NCBI RefSeq assembly: GCF_003704095.1
Contig: NW_020844656.1
Location: 434,001 to 498,000, forward strand
Direction: 5' to 3'
DNA: 64,000 nt
Source of the DNA: Pocillopora damicornis
Taxonomy: Eukaryota
The notes beneath the pieces are model-generated. The model made no database searches and had not been told where the DNA came from. It worked only from the letters and a program-made list of their open reading frames with translations. Positions within the stretch are counted from its first letter, which is position 1; every line of letters begins with the position of its first letter. The position numbers were made by a program, and so were the translations under genes. This document shows, piece after piece, positions 21,743 through 35,700 of this stretch.

Positions 21743-24700
21743 GCCCATCCCAACCCCCCCCTTCGAAAAAAAAATGGTTGCAAAGGAGACTTGATGTTGC
21801 GTGACAAGTCGAGAGCTACACAATAATCGTTTGTCACATTCCCAGTAAGTCACACCAAAGCGTGCGCTCAATTGAAGCATTACGTTCACCAAATTATATG
21901 ACATGCAAGGAAAATAGTTAGACTGACGTCCCACAAATGAATCAGAAGTAGAAATAATAACTTTCCGCCTATCGGATTAAAAAATGCCCAACGTGGATAC
22001 GCAAGAATCTCGCACCCGGCTCCGCTGCTACTTACAAGTCAGGGTCAATTCGACACTTTAAGCTCTGTTCGATGTTCGTCCTGGTGTCTATTACAATTTC
22101 GAATTTTGATATAGTTTGATTTACTTATCAAGATCCTTTCACAAACTCGCACATACCTTAAATATTTTCAAAGATTCGGCAACGATGGCAGTGTTTCATC
22201 CGCTTTTCAACAAGTAAAAATGCACGTTAAGACAGAGATTGTGAAATACTAATGTCGACGTGTGAAGAGCAAGCTTCAAGATTGGCTAATTCAATTTCGT
22301 CACGAAATCTTCTGAAACTGATAGTTTATATAACATGACAGATGTCATGTTATATAATTGCACATGGTTTTTGTTTCTAAATTTTCGGGAATTTGATATC
22401 TTGCATTATGCTTTCGAATTGTCTTAGCTTTTCTTCTTCCTTTCAAATTCAACTTAAGTCTCGTTCTTTGATCAATGTGCTTTTTACACCGACAGTGAAA
22501 GGACAGAAAGCTGATTGCTTATCTTCAGATACTCCTTGACCCTCCACGGTGTCTTCAAAACCTTTTGATACCTTTTGATTTGTGTTACATAACCCTTTGA
22601 TTCGTGTAACCTTTTGTACATTAAAAGAAAATAGATTGGGGTGTTACTTGCTGTTTCTCAATGCCGGAGAGAAGACAGGTGAGGAGTCCAAAGGCGCCGT
22701 CTCATAAACTTAAAAACTTCGTAGGTTCTCCGACGTTCTACTGCATCTCTAAATCGGATGGCAAAATCGCACAGAATGACGCGCTTGTGCAGACGAACCT
22801 TGGCTGCACTCATACTAAATTTACGAGGAAAAAAATCAATTTCGGGGGTGTCAGCAGAATCATTTGACCTTCGTAATTGGCTCTTCCTGAATATTTTTGC
22901 ACAACGAATCAGGATTCATCAGCGATTTTTGTTTTCGATATCTACAATTCATTCATTTTTTTTTGTTGCACTACATCACGAAATTCAAGATTCCCAAGTT
23001 TAAAACACGAAAATTAATGATTCCTTCTAATATCACATGAAACATGATCCCCATTTATCTCCCAAAATTAATTTGTGAAGCGGCGGAGAACTTATTCGTG
23101 CATCCTTTACCGTTAAGAGAGATTCTAGCCTATTACTGGGACTTTCCGGCACTGCACCGCATCGATTGAGATAGGTTTACCACTCCAGGTAATATAAAGC
23201 GACAAAAAGTAAAACAATCCTGCTACTTTGCCTGGCATTTTGGACCTCAAAAAACGTTATTTCATTTTGTACACCAGGTATAAATTACACAACGCTCACA
23301 CATACACACCTTTTGTTCACCTTTCATGAGAGTGGGCCGTATTAATGACAGTAACAACAAACGCGGGCTTGTACATGTAACGATGCGCGTCTAAAAATTA
23401 TCGTGATCTCCCTATGAAATGCTATGTTACGTAGGATTTTATAGTACACTTTATCCCCACAAAAACTTGGCGCGTTTTCGGGTGAAAAATTCAGTTCTTA
23501 GTTGGCCAAATTTCAACTGTTAGCTTGTGGTACACTAGAATAACAAATAAATTTGAATCAACATAAAGCATTGGAAAGTCAACAATACCTTACGCTGATA
23601 AGGAATTGTAAGGTAAGCCATGTTATTCATTTGCAAGTATAAAGTCCCTTTTCAACAGTAAAGAATGCCATGGGAATGAACCAGCTCATTAGCATAGGAA
23701 TAATGCCTCTTTGTGCCATCAAACTCTTGCAAAGACACGCTTTAAACTGAAATCTTGTTTAGAAATTTGGTAAAAACTGAGACAGACTTAGGATGTAAAT
23801 TTTGGCGTTCAAAATCGATCCGAAAACAAACTACTTAATCACTATGCTTTATCTACCTACTTTGATAAGCACTCGCCAAAAATGTCATAACATTCATTCT
23901 AAAGGATCATCGATCTTACAACAATGTTTCTAAACCACAAAAAAAAACAGATAACAAAATAAGGTAAACTTGCATGAAAGGATTGCAAAGTTATAGGAAT
24001 TTTTGCACAAAATATATGTACGTCAATTATGTTCTACCCTAAGCAGTTCGATTGATATTTCAGGGGGCTGCAACCATCAATAAATCGCTCATACAAAAAA
24101 AGTAAACGCCAATTACGGTCAGTACAAAAAAAAAAAAAAAATACCCGAGCTTTTACCTTGCGGTGGTGATCATACGGCGTTCCATCTAAGATCTAAGTGA
24201 TGTTTGAACATAACTGAACAAAAAAATATTTTACGTCCATTTAACCGTCAATTAGCTAACTGTGCTAAGCGCAGCTAAGACGTACTACCCCCAAAAACCA
24301 CGTACGAATCTCAGTTGAATTAAGTTAGTAATTGGAACATTGCAACTCTGATCGCAACCGATCTCAGCCACAAAAATCGTCCGTTTTCGCAGAATAAACT
24401 CAAAATTAAACCGGTCACGCTTATCGAATTATCAGCAATATCAAACAGGTGATCGATATGTTACTTACAAAGTGAATGTGGCCTCAATAAAGCTTCCATT
24501 GTCAGTGCTTTTTTCAAAATTGGACATTTCCCAAGGTGTGGTCGCTCTTAAATAAGGAGAGAACGGGTGGCCAAAATGGCCCCGTTTCAAATCTGCAATT
24601 AGAATTTTTAAACACGGAATGTGGAAGGACAAATTGCAAATGTATCTGAAATGGTTTTTCACGGAAAAATACACAAATAAAAGTTGAAACAAATTATTTT

Positions 24701-27381
24701 GAAGGTCTAAAATTAAATCATGAATTTCTTATCAGGAACCTAAAATTTTGCTCAATGAATAAACAAATGAAAGATTTTAACTTCAGTCATATTTCCAAAC
24801 GAAATGAAAGTCAAGTAATTAAAAACAAGGTTATTTAGGAATTCATAACTAGAATCTGTATTCATTTGAAATAAACAGCAAAGGAAATGTAAACAAAATT
24901 TGTTATGAACAAACATCACAGATAAAGGGATCTGGTTCACATTTTGCACACTTGTCTCTGACAGTTTGAACCAATGAAACACATGTTGAAAAATAAATAT
25001 TCCACGTTATCAGCTCACCAAGGAGGTGACAAGATTTCAAAAAAATTAGGCTCAGCCACAATCTGCTAATACCCAAATAATTGTTATATTGCTCAAGACT
25101 GTATGGTTGCTGTATATAACACATCCAAAGTGTCAGTAGTGAATAATTACATACCAATTAGGAGTTGTAGTGTTTAAAGGAGTGATTTTTTTTTCTATTT
25201 TAACATTTTAACAGGAAACTCCTACTTACACAATCACATTTTAAAGTATATAGATTATGGGAATTAAACAAATAATCAACTCGAAGATATGGAATTTATC
25301 TTGTATCAAATCCTCTGATGTAACATGGAATGATATGTCTGGCACTTGCCAAGGAGAATGTTGCCTAAGATCTGAGAAGAGGAAGGGTTCACACATTTCT
25401 TGAGAGTATGAGGATATGTGACACAGATTACAATCAATGTTCATGAAATTTTGCAAAATTTCATTGGAAAACTTGCTTCTATGACAAAATCAACTAGAAC
25501 AACAACACCAAAAAATTCTAAAAAAAGTGCAATTCATTTTAGCTGTTTTCTAATCAGAGCCAAACACTTGTCATACCATGAATGATAAAAAATTGCTCAA
25601 GTCATTCAAATATTTCTGAAGAGTTACAACCAGTAGCTGGAGAATTCTTTGTTATCCAACACTATGAATGACATACGACAAGTTCATAACATTTTCAGGA
25701 AGAATGTCCACTAAGTCGCTCATGAGCTGACCTTCATAACCCATACCACTCTAAATAAGAGACAGACACATCTTACTGACAGACACACCCTATGAGCAAA
25801 AATTTGCATCAAGTCAATGTCTTGCTCATCTGTAAACATTTAGAGCCAGTAATTTACATGCAGTCTAACCCAAACTGCAGTTTTACACTTGAAGTGGGCC
25901 TAGTTATTCTCTATAAGAAGGTTGATTTAATGAAATAAATGTCCTTCCACTCTATGTTTTTTAGCCCTCTTGACACTATTCACAAAAATAAATGTTCAGG
26001 TAAAAGGTTTGGTCAAATTGAAAATAGTTTGGAACGTGGTTCAAATAACTAGCCCATACACTGTCTTAGCCACTCAAAAAGTGCAAAAAGCTTTCTCTTG
26101 CAGTTCTGAAAAGTTCCCACAAGCTTATTGTACACCTAGCCCAAATGTTATTTCTTTAACCATGGTGTTAGTCAATGCATGACACAAGAATACTTGGAGA
26201 AAAAAAAAATCTTAAGAGTTGCAAGCTTAAGGTTGAGAGTAGCAAGGGGTCCTAATCCCACTTCATACACCACCTTAGAAAATCACAGATTACATGTACT
26301 TTAAATAGTATTTCATGCATCACAAATTTAACAGAGAATACTTTAATTATTAACACCTTGCCACCCTCAAGATAAACCTGTGACTTTTCAGAGCCATGTT
26401 CAGATGCTACAATGCTGAGCAACTGGGTATTACTTTTAACTAAGCCATTAAACCAAATTCATTGGTCCGGACGTGATGCTTTAGGACACAGAGCGACATG
26501 ATGATTGTTCAAGGATTGTAGCCAAAGTAAAGTTGCGGAAAACCTTGTTTAGTGTTTCACTTTAGCAGTGGAGCCCTTGTTTCTGATTTTGCGACATTCT
26601 CACTAGTAACAGTGAAATTCAAATGTAGAATTACACCAATGATATTTTACATGTTTATATACATCTAGAAGAATATCTAAATTCTTATAAAGTCGTGTAT
26701 TCACTTTATGTTAGTAGGTAAGATCCACGTTCGACAAAATAGAGATTTGAATCACGGGTTGGGAGATTTACGAACGATTTTTCGCTTATCCCTGTTGCTG
26801 TTCATCGCAGTTGGAAAATAACACTGACATCATTTCTTGATCAAAGGTCTTTAAAGTCTTTAAGACGCTTTTCGATAAAGGGTGCGTTTTACACGGCTTA
26901 AGTAACGAAAACGCAGTTTGTAAACAAATAATTTTAACAACCTACATCAGCGTCATGTCCCGTTGTCTTCAATTTCATTCAGAGCCAAGCGTTCAAATGC
27001 TATTTTAAAAAAAAGCTCTATACCAGTAATTTTTTTTTTGTGACACGGGTCTGTGATGATGTCTTTGTCTCTGGTAGAAGTTTCAGCGGCGAAACAAAAC
27101 GCCTTAAACGTGTCACAATGCAATGATGAGAACACAAACCTTTAAGGTGAAAGCGATGAGAAATCCTTGACTTCAAAAGAAAAAAGCCTTCGTCAACTCT
27201 TCCTCGAGACAGTCACGGACGCACGATTAAGAAGTTTTCATCACATCCATAGGTCACACCAAGGACAACCCAACAATGGTTTAACGATGTGCAGAAATCA
27301 CCTACGAAGTTGTTTTGAGCCTGCGAGTTGGTCAGTGAAGCACTGAAGTGTAAGCAGCTGCAGTGTTGTTGACTGTTCTCT

Positions 27382-27455
27382 CCGGAAGTGACGTTAACGA
27401 AAACTTCACTTCATACCGGAAGAACATTGCTATTGATCACGTGACTGATGGCGGC
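27382..27455 (+). promoter_or_regulatory. STX6 core promoter: overlapping ETS-CRE, CLEAR-like E-box and YY1 motif
   Basis: CCGGAAGTGACGT at 27382-27394; TCACGTGAC at 27437-27445; GATGGCGGC at 27447-27455; inside a CpG-rich island about 150-200 bp upstream of the ATG. Confidence 0.6.
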
Positions 27456-27596
27456 TATCATCAGCTGTGAGGCTTTTAGCGTCGTCGAGTATTCAACAGA
27501 ATTGTAAGCTTCTGTATCGGCCTCTCTCAACGTGGATTGCCTGTATCTCTTACTTTAGCGAGACATTTAATGTTATAGAACCGTTTTAATCAAGAG

Positions 27597-30500
27597 ATGT
27601 CTCTGGAGGATCCGTTTTTCGTCGTCAAAGAGTAAGTCGATTTGCCATGTCAATGTTTATCTTTTTGTAGAATGCTTCTCTTTGACAAGGAGGAATGTCG
27701 TGAGATGGGATCAAGCTAATATGAAAGCTTTCTCTTTTTTCCGATCGAAATCCTGTTCAAAACATAATCGTTTCAGTGGTGTTAGTGTCGCAGATTACTG
27801 AGGTAATTTCTTACAATTTTAATACCTGTACAAGCATAATGTACGCTGAAACGCTCAAATTGGTTGCATGATCTTGCAACAATATTTCTCAGAACCTAGA
27901 ATACATCTTTTTAGACTTTAAACTCATCCAAATATATTTCAGTGATTGATTTGATATCAAAGAATACTCCGAAATTACAACGCAGGAAGTATTCTTTTTT
28001 TCTTCTTTTTTCAGTACAACCGGATGCGTTTATTCCGATTACGCGAGGGCCGACCTTGCATATAATATCGATTTATTTACTATTTTATAAACAATACGTC
28101 ACCGAGTTGTTTTCGGTGTTTTATTGATAGTCTTACCAAGAAACGTCTATTTCAAGATTTTGCTCTGGTTTTAGTAATGTAAACCAACTTGCATTAAAGT
28201 AAGATGAGATTGCCACCAATAGGCTACCAAACCATCTCTCATAGAGATTCTTAGAGATAATGAGCTGCAAAAAAGTGTATGAATAGTCTTAGAGACAGTT
28301 TGATTCCTGAACAGAATAAGGAAGATGCTAAATTTGGTTCTTTCTCCTGTGATCTCCTTTGCTATATTGTGTAATTAAGNNNNNNNNNNNNNNNNNNNNN
28401 NNNNNNNNNNNNNNNNNNNNNNNNNNNNNNNNNNNNNNNNNNNNNNNNNNNNNNNNNNNNNNNNNNNNNNNNNNNNNNNNNNNNNNNNNNNNNNNNNNNN
28501 NNNNNNNNNNNNNNNNNNNNNNNNNNNNNNNNNNNNNNNNNNNNNNNNNNNNNNNNNNNNNNNNNNGGGTGTCAATGGCACCTCAGAACCTCCCTCCCAC
28601 CTGGCTCTACCCTTGAAGAAGGAGTGAATAGTGGAAAGTCTAAGAATGATGGCTAGGCAGAAGGTTGGGGTCAGGAGAATAACATATTTCCTCTCTTGCC
28701 CTTTTTTTTTGCATCCAACTGGTATCAACCTCTTAGCCTACATTTTCTTAAATGCTATTCAGATTTCCATGAATTTGTTTCTTCAAGTTACATTTGAACC
28801 AGTATTAAGTGGCAGTGTATTAAGGGGTCACCTGTGTTATTTGGTGAAAGTCCCAAATTTTTTTTCCTATAGTTACTGTCATTTTATCCTCTATTTGGCA
28901 TTCAACTCTATTAAACAGTTGTGGTCACCCTTTACATAGTAAAATCTGTTTGTATTGTCTTCCACCTGTATTGAACAGGCACGTAATGAGGAACCATGCA
29001 AATGAAACTAAGAATAATCTTTCAAATAAAATTTAATCCATGTTTCTCTTCTGAAATCAATTTTAGTAGTTTTTTTTAGCAAGTTTTTGTACAGTAAGAG
29101 GTCAAGTAGAGCGTATAATGGGTTTTTTATCATTTTTTCTTTTACCCCTATTCTGCAAAACTTGTATTAATCCTTTAGCTCCTAAGAGAATTTGGTTTTG
29201 AATCATAGTGTCCTCAAGCTGATACTTTGTTATTCTCATCACCTGTGTGCTTGATATTGTTCTAATATTGCTAGGAGAAATTACCTTCTCAGCCAATTCT
29301 GGGAGTGAAAAGGTTAATAGCATACAGTACCCAATATATTCTTTATTTAAGGTATCTGAGATAGGGCTGTCTAGCTCTCACCAGGTTTTATAGGAATGGA
29401 TGTTGGAAAACTTTAAGAGTTACCCAAAAACACAATTCAGGGGCATGAATCACTTATCCTTGCTAAAGCAAAGGCTCTAATCAGTGTGGCTTAAACATCC
29501 AGTGGAATATTTAGCAGTCAAGTGACCAAATAAATACTTAGACAGCATGCTGACTATAAACTATCATTTTTATTTTGTTAGGGAAGTACAGAAGGCAGTT
29601 AACAATGTGCAGTCTCTATACAAGAGGTGGCAAGCCCTATTGGATAATCCTCACACCGTAGGGAAAGATGAATATAATTGGACAACTAATGAACTGCGCA
29701 ACAATGTGCGGAGTATTGAATGGGATTTAGAAGACCTGGATGAAACAGTGGGTATTGTTGAAGCAAACCCAAGGAAATTCAACATTGATGTTGCTGAAGT
29801 TGATCAAAGAAAACAATTTATAAAACAAACTAGAGATACTGTGAATCTCATTAAAGAGCATATGAACAGCCCTTCAGCAAAAGCAAAGGTGGAGAATTCA
29901 TCAAGAGAGGTGAGGGACCAGTTACATTCTGTTACTGTCAATAGTATATTATGAATATATGAGGGTTTGAGGCTGATGTTACTGACTCTTTGGATACCGG
30001 TAATACATTTATGACCTGGCTGAAGAATAAACAAGGCAATCAAATATTCTTTGAAAAATGTTAAATGCTGTGCATTTAATAAATCTTCATTATCAATTTT
30101 TATTTCCTCTTCTGTTTACTCTTTTTTTTTTGTTTAATTTTATGATCCCTGAGAGATTAGATATCAATAAAATGATAGTTTGCTTGCCACACTTTGCAGT
30201 GCTATGCCCACAGAATGAGACTGCGTTACCTTGAACAGGTCTCAATAAAAAGTTTTGAAAATCACCCTGGGGCTTACACATGTCACTTAAATGTTGGAGA
30301 TGTCCTCAGATAGTTATCGTATGTTTGTTAAAAAAATTAATTACAAGTTATAAAAGACACAATTTTGAAGAGATGATGTGACCACTTTAAAGGTTTTATT
30401 CATGATTATCTATGAAGATTGTTCTTGTGTTTTTGCAAGGCTTTGTTGGGAAGAAGAAATGATAAACCAAAAGACAGATACTCAAGGTTAGATCAAGAAA

Positions 30501-32488
30501 TTGAGAATTCAAATCAAGCATTTATCACAGACCAACAGCAACAACAGGAGGTAATAGAGAGTGCACATTACAATTAATGAAACTTGTCTTCTTCATAACA
30601 GTGTAATCTTATACCGTTTTTATAAGGGTTAAATGAATTTTAGAGAGCTTCTGTGCAAGGCTACACTGCACAGATTAGGTACAAATGAAATCTAATGATA
30701 TATTTAATGGTATGTTGAGCCATAGTTGGAATTTGAAGATTATTGCACAACATGGCATTATTTGCAAATAATTATGTACTAGTTGAGTATTCCTATCTTC
30801 TGGGTGAGAAGAATCCTGAGATGGCTATTGTCTGTGACAGTGAATGATGATGTTTTTTAATCTAAGAGGAAGTTTGTTGAAACATGGATCATTATTACTT
30901 CTGGGTTCATAATTCCATACAGTTTAAGTCATTATTTTCATTTTCATGAAGTTAATGATTAGAGCTCAAGATGAACAGCTTGACATGGTTGGACACAGCG
31001 TTGGAGTGTTGAAAACCATGGGAAAGAAGATTGGTGATGAAATTGAAGACCAAAATCTGTAAGTTTTGTCCCAATACGTAGTAATTGCTCAGCTTAAGGC
31101 CCATTCAATGGAGTGTCAAAAGTAATCTGGTATTACTTTACTAGACTGTGTCTGGTTTTGCCTATATGCCACTCCATTGAAATGCAGTAGATTCAAGGTG
31201 CTGAATATTTTTTGAATTAGAGAAAATTATTGTACAGACAATAAAATATATGAGCATTAAAGCCCCATTCAGTTCTGATTTTATAATTGAATGCTCTGTT
31301 CAGTGAGCCACAGAAACTTATTGGTAAGCATCAGGTTAACACAAATTTATGTGATAATAAGAGACTATGGTTCTGGTAGTTATTGTTGTAAAGCATAGTG
31401 GTTAGTATTCATGTCTTGAAGCCAAAAGTTCTCTGTCTTGAAGCATTAAGTATCTTTCAAATTGACCCTCCTTTTTGGTTCATAGTTTCTGTGTTGAAAA
31501 ATTTGTTTGCATTTCCACAAATGTCCATTTTTAGTCTTATTTCTTATCCCCATTATCTAATCATAAAATAATATTTTCGTTGTCTTTTTTTTCAAGGCTC
31601 TTAGATGATTTTGGACATGAATTAGAAATGACAGACTCCAAACTACAACAAACTGTTCTTAAAGTAGAAAAAGTTTTAAGATTATCTGATGGTAAGCAAC
31701 ACTCACCTGCTAGTTGTAGACTGACATAATATTCAGTCATTTCGAGTAGTGGAGCTGAGGTCACATTTTTTTTGCAATTAAAAGCAAACATGACCACAAC
31801 ACCATTCTTATGTCATTTAATTTCCCATTCCTTTCTATAGTGACACCACCCGCAAGATTCTAGCAGCCACTTTGTCACTGGCATTCCTTTTATTTCCTCC
31901 ACAATTTAAAAGTTGTCAGTGTCACATGGGATAATTTGCCCTAATGTACAAAAGACAGAGAATAGCTTTCCCCTTTTGACATTTGGCAGAGAATCCCAAC
32001 CAATAACCTCCTTTATAATAGAGCATTGAAATCTCAATGATAATATTCCCACAAGTTTTCTTGGATTTATTCAATGACTAGAGTATTTAGTTATTACTCG
32101 CTGTGCAAAGAATGGTACTCCAATACTGTAATTGGAAAACTTGTGTCCTGCATGTCATGTATATGAAGGAGTGGAGGAGAGGAGAATGAAAGATCGTTGG
32201 GATTTGGGATTTTTGTGCTGTTCTGGTGGACATGAAAAAAAATTCCGCCCTTGCAGGCATTTCCTTTGGAATTCAAACAGTTACTCTCAACCTTCAAATG
32301 TAAGCCACCATGGAGGCATGAATGCTGACCATGCAGACTGCAGCACTTCTTACTCTTCTTGGTTTTGATGCTTTCTAAGCCTGAACTTTTTATATTATTG
32401 TTTGATTGCAGATAAGAGGCAAACCTGTGTACTGGTAGCTCTAATAGTAATTATGATAGTAGTCATCATTTTATTTGTTGCATTGTGA
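27597..32488 (+). CDS. STX6: Syntaxin-6 (Qc-SNARE); exons 27597-27631, 29582-29909, 30440-30550, 30952-31058, 31597-31691, 32412-32488; 250 aa
   Basis: N-terminus MSLEDPFFVVKEEVQKAV; ELRNNVRSIEWDLEDLDETV; SNARE motif QDEQLDMVGHSVGVLKTMGKKIGDEIEDQNLLLDDF; C-terminal TM helix CVLVALIVIMIVVIILFVAL*. All splice phases consistent (753 nt). Confidence 0.95.
28380..28566. other. Assembly gap (N run)
   Basis: N run in STX6 intron 1. Confidence 1.
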
Positions 32489-32570
32489 GGATTGCAAAAA
32501 AGATGCAGACAAAAATGTAGAATAGACTTCCAGTTTTCTGGAGTTTGTAGGAGAAAGGCTATAACACACA

Positions 32571-32778
32571 TAACCCTTTACACCCTAACATTGGCAATAA
32601 TATTCTACACACTTTTCCTTTTACATTTCCTCTGCTACTTACAAGGAGAATTTATCTGACAATCAGGAACCTTAAATTGGTGATCATTTCCTTTGTTCTC
32701 ATGACCTTAATGTTTGATTCAAGGGTGATGCTTTAAGGAGAAATTCTAAGCCAATCAGTCTTAGGGATTAAAGGGTTA
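32571..32778. mobile_element. ~200-bp piggyBac-like MITE ((T)TAA-CCCTTT...AAAGGG-TTA(A) ends), a high-copy family in this window
   Basis: Ends taaccctttac / ttaaagggtta. Shared internal motifs (atattctccatactgttctc...acatttcct...acaaggagaattt; aggagaaatt..atg..gtcactcttagg). Other copies or fragments at about 780-870, 1680-1890, 2572-2637, 16245-16320, 29165-29316, 40820-41020, 43860-44063, 47300-47500, 48810-48998 and 56587-56785. Confidence 0.75.
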
Positions 32779-35700
32779 CATTTATTTGTTGATGTTTATT
32801 TTGTGGTTTAAGTTCCTTCCTTGTTAAATTTTTATTTTTCTTTCTTTCTGTATATGCTCAAGTAATGGGCACAAAAAGTTAAAATATGTACATTACTTAT
32901 TTATCAGAATGATGTATAAGTTACATAAATATCGAGTAGATACTTTTTTATTATTTTGCAAAAAAAAATTGGCAATGATTGGTTTTTCATGGTCTCAAAC
33001 TTGTACAATGAGTCACTTTTTTTGCAGTGTTTTTGCTATATTTTGGCATGTTGATGGAACCTAAAATCCTGAAAAGTGATATCACTCAGAGGGTCTTTGT
33101 CATGACAATTCTTCTTATGCTTTCAGGTGAAAGTGTGATATAATTGTTTGTTATGATGGATTACAATCAAAGGGGCTTTAAATAAAAAACTAACAAAATG
33201 GCAAAAGTCAGTGAAGGGGGGGGTGGGGGTGGGGGGAGGAGGAGATGAACAGGAGTTAAAATTGAAGAAATGGAGCTGTCAAGGACACTTTGGGAATTCA
33301 GTGGTGTTCCTAAAACTTGTTAAGTTGAGAAGAGATGTGGCAGAAAGAGATATAAAAAAATTTGAGTTAAAACATTATTTCTTACTGTGCAAACTTATCT
33401 GGTGAATGGAAGGGTGAGGTACAAACAAGTTATCTCTTTTGCAACAAGATATCTCTAAGAGAAGGGAATCATCAAACTTATGTCTACTCAACACTCACAA
33501 AAAAATGATATCCTTCGTAGTTACACCAAGAAAGACAAGGATGAATTTAGACAGTTTACTTTCTATTCTTCTTTAGTAAAGGTGCTTGAAAATGACAGTC
33601 ATAATATGTAGAGGACCAAAGAAATGAGAAGGATGTTGATTTGTATCTATTTTCTTTCATATAATAAAAATGAATTTATCATCTTGATGTCTTAATCTCT
33701 GCTAGTCCTATGTCAAGGGTGTTATTGATCACTCTGGATGAAACCCCTAAGGAAGCTTCAGTCTGGGGTGGAATAGAAAAATAATGAAACAATTTAATTA
33801 CAGAAGAGATGAACTTATGGTTTCATATTGATCGTTTAAAATGATTTTTTATTTTATTTCTAAGCACCGCAAGTTTTGTTCGTTTTTTAAATGGCGTTGA
33901 ACAGATATCCAATTATTGTCTCACGAGTTATGCGGCACCACATCCTCTCGTGGTACCCTCTTCTTGGGCTTCGTGTGCTAGTAACTCGGAAACAAGTAGA
34001 GTGATCCCCAATTTTTATTATAAACTATTTATACAATAATTGTAATAAATCTTAAGAGCTGGTTCAGAGCCACCTTTAATCATGAAAAAAATAATAATTA
34101 CCTTTAAACCAACCACTAAACATATGGTAAAACTTCGTAGAGGGATGAATTTTATGTGACAAATAGGGGTCACTGAAGTTGTACTTAAGTTACAGGTGTT
34201 CGAAGCAAGAAATCAGCATATTTTTTTTTTTTGGGGGGGGGGGGTGTAGTTTTGTTATTAATGGCTACTTTTTGTGTTGAAAAAAAGACCCTTTAAAGTT
34301 GATTAATGATGACTGATGCCAACATCGAAGATTCAAACAAACAGTTGTGGCTGTATCGATACATAAATGAATATTTGGTTAAAAAAAAATGGAAACCTTT
34401 CTCAGTTTCATTTATACGTGACTGTAGAAGGAAGGGTGAAATTGCTGACTTATTCCTAAAGATGCCTTTATTCCGTAAGTAATAAATTATGAATTGCAAA
34501 TTTAAAGCTTGGCGTCAATTACTATTTGCGCAGAACGCTTTGCTGAGCGAGCTCACGTAATTTCGAGCACGTTCACGCGTCTTGACCGAAGAAAACAAAC
34601 AGATTCCTTGATCGAGATAACAGTAGCGTAGTCGTTCGAAAAACAGTTTGTTTTGCCATGACACCGCAACGAGGAATGGTTGAGATGATGTCTTTTAAAT
34701 GGGTAATTAGGAACAAAAATAGTACATCTTTGAATAACCACCAATTCCCTTTTCCGCTTTTTAATTTACCTTAGTTCCGCCGATCTGCGCAAACATCATT
34801 TGGCTGTGTTAAAAATTTCAGTCTATACTTGTACGAGGCACTGTAAAACTTGTTTGTACTGTAAGCTTTACGAATAAGACTACAAATTTAAAAGGACATT
34901 GATAAAAACAGTCAAATTTGTCATATGTTGTGTTTTTTCATTTGAGAAAGTACTTTTTCGCGTCATATCTTGATATGTTTATCTCAGTGAGTGGCTGAAG
35001 AAGTTGAATTACTCTCAATAAATCAAATACTTCTTTTAATCAAATTGGCGACGGCAAACTTCTTTTTTTTTTAGTTTGCGTGCATTTAAGTATGTGTTTT
35101 TGGTTACGTAATAATGATGTTTCAGTGTCGAATTCTGACACGTTCCTCACAATTAGTCTCAGAAATATATATATTTTTATAACTCCGGGAAAAAAGAAAA
35201 AAACAAGAAAAGACACAATTATTTTGACTGACTGAGGGTGCAAAAACACTTTTATTAAATTTTCCTTCTCGCATAATCTGTTATTTTTTTCATCACGTTT
35301 TATTTTGGTTTGTTTTTCCTACATGTTGCTGTAATCGTGGAAAAAAATTGGTAAACTTGCAATAAAATAAATGTGTTTTTACTCAGACTAGCTGAGGCAA
35401 ACAAGTTTTAAAATATAGCAAGAGTGAACTGACATTTTTGATATTCCTGACACACTTTAATGGAGCAAATCACATCCTACGAAATAAAACTGTAATTAGA
35501 GGGTGTGATCCACTTACAGTTTCTACTTATTGTGACCAGTCGATTGTGTATAAAGTCACATTCCGAACTATATTTGTTTAAATCTACTACTTTTTTACTC
35601 AATTATTTTCCTTTCCAGTGCCACTATAAAGACGAAAATAGTTATACGTGACGATAAAAATTTTTTTTATACATAAAACTTCTGTGAGGAAATGAAACCA

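Noticed and set aside
24565-26368. Possible large hAT-like element bounded by gggtggcca / tgccaccct
   Set aside because: The terminal match is too short, with no TSD or transposase remnant.
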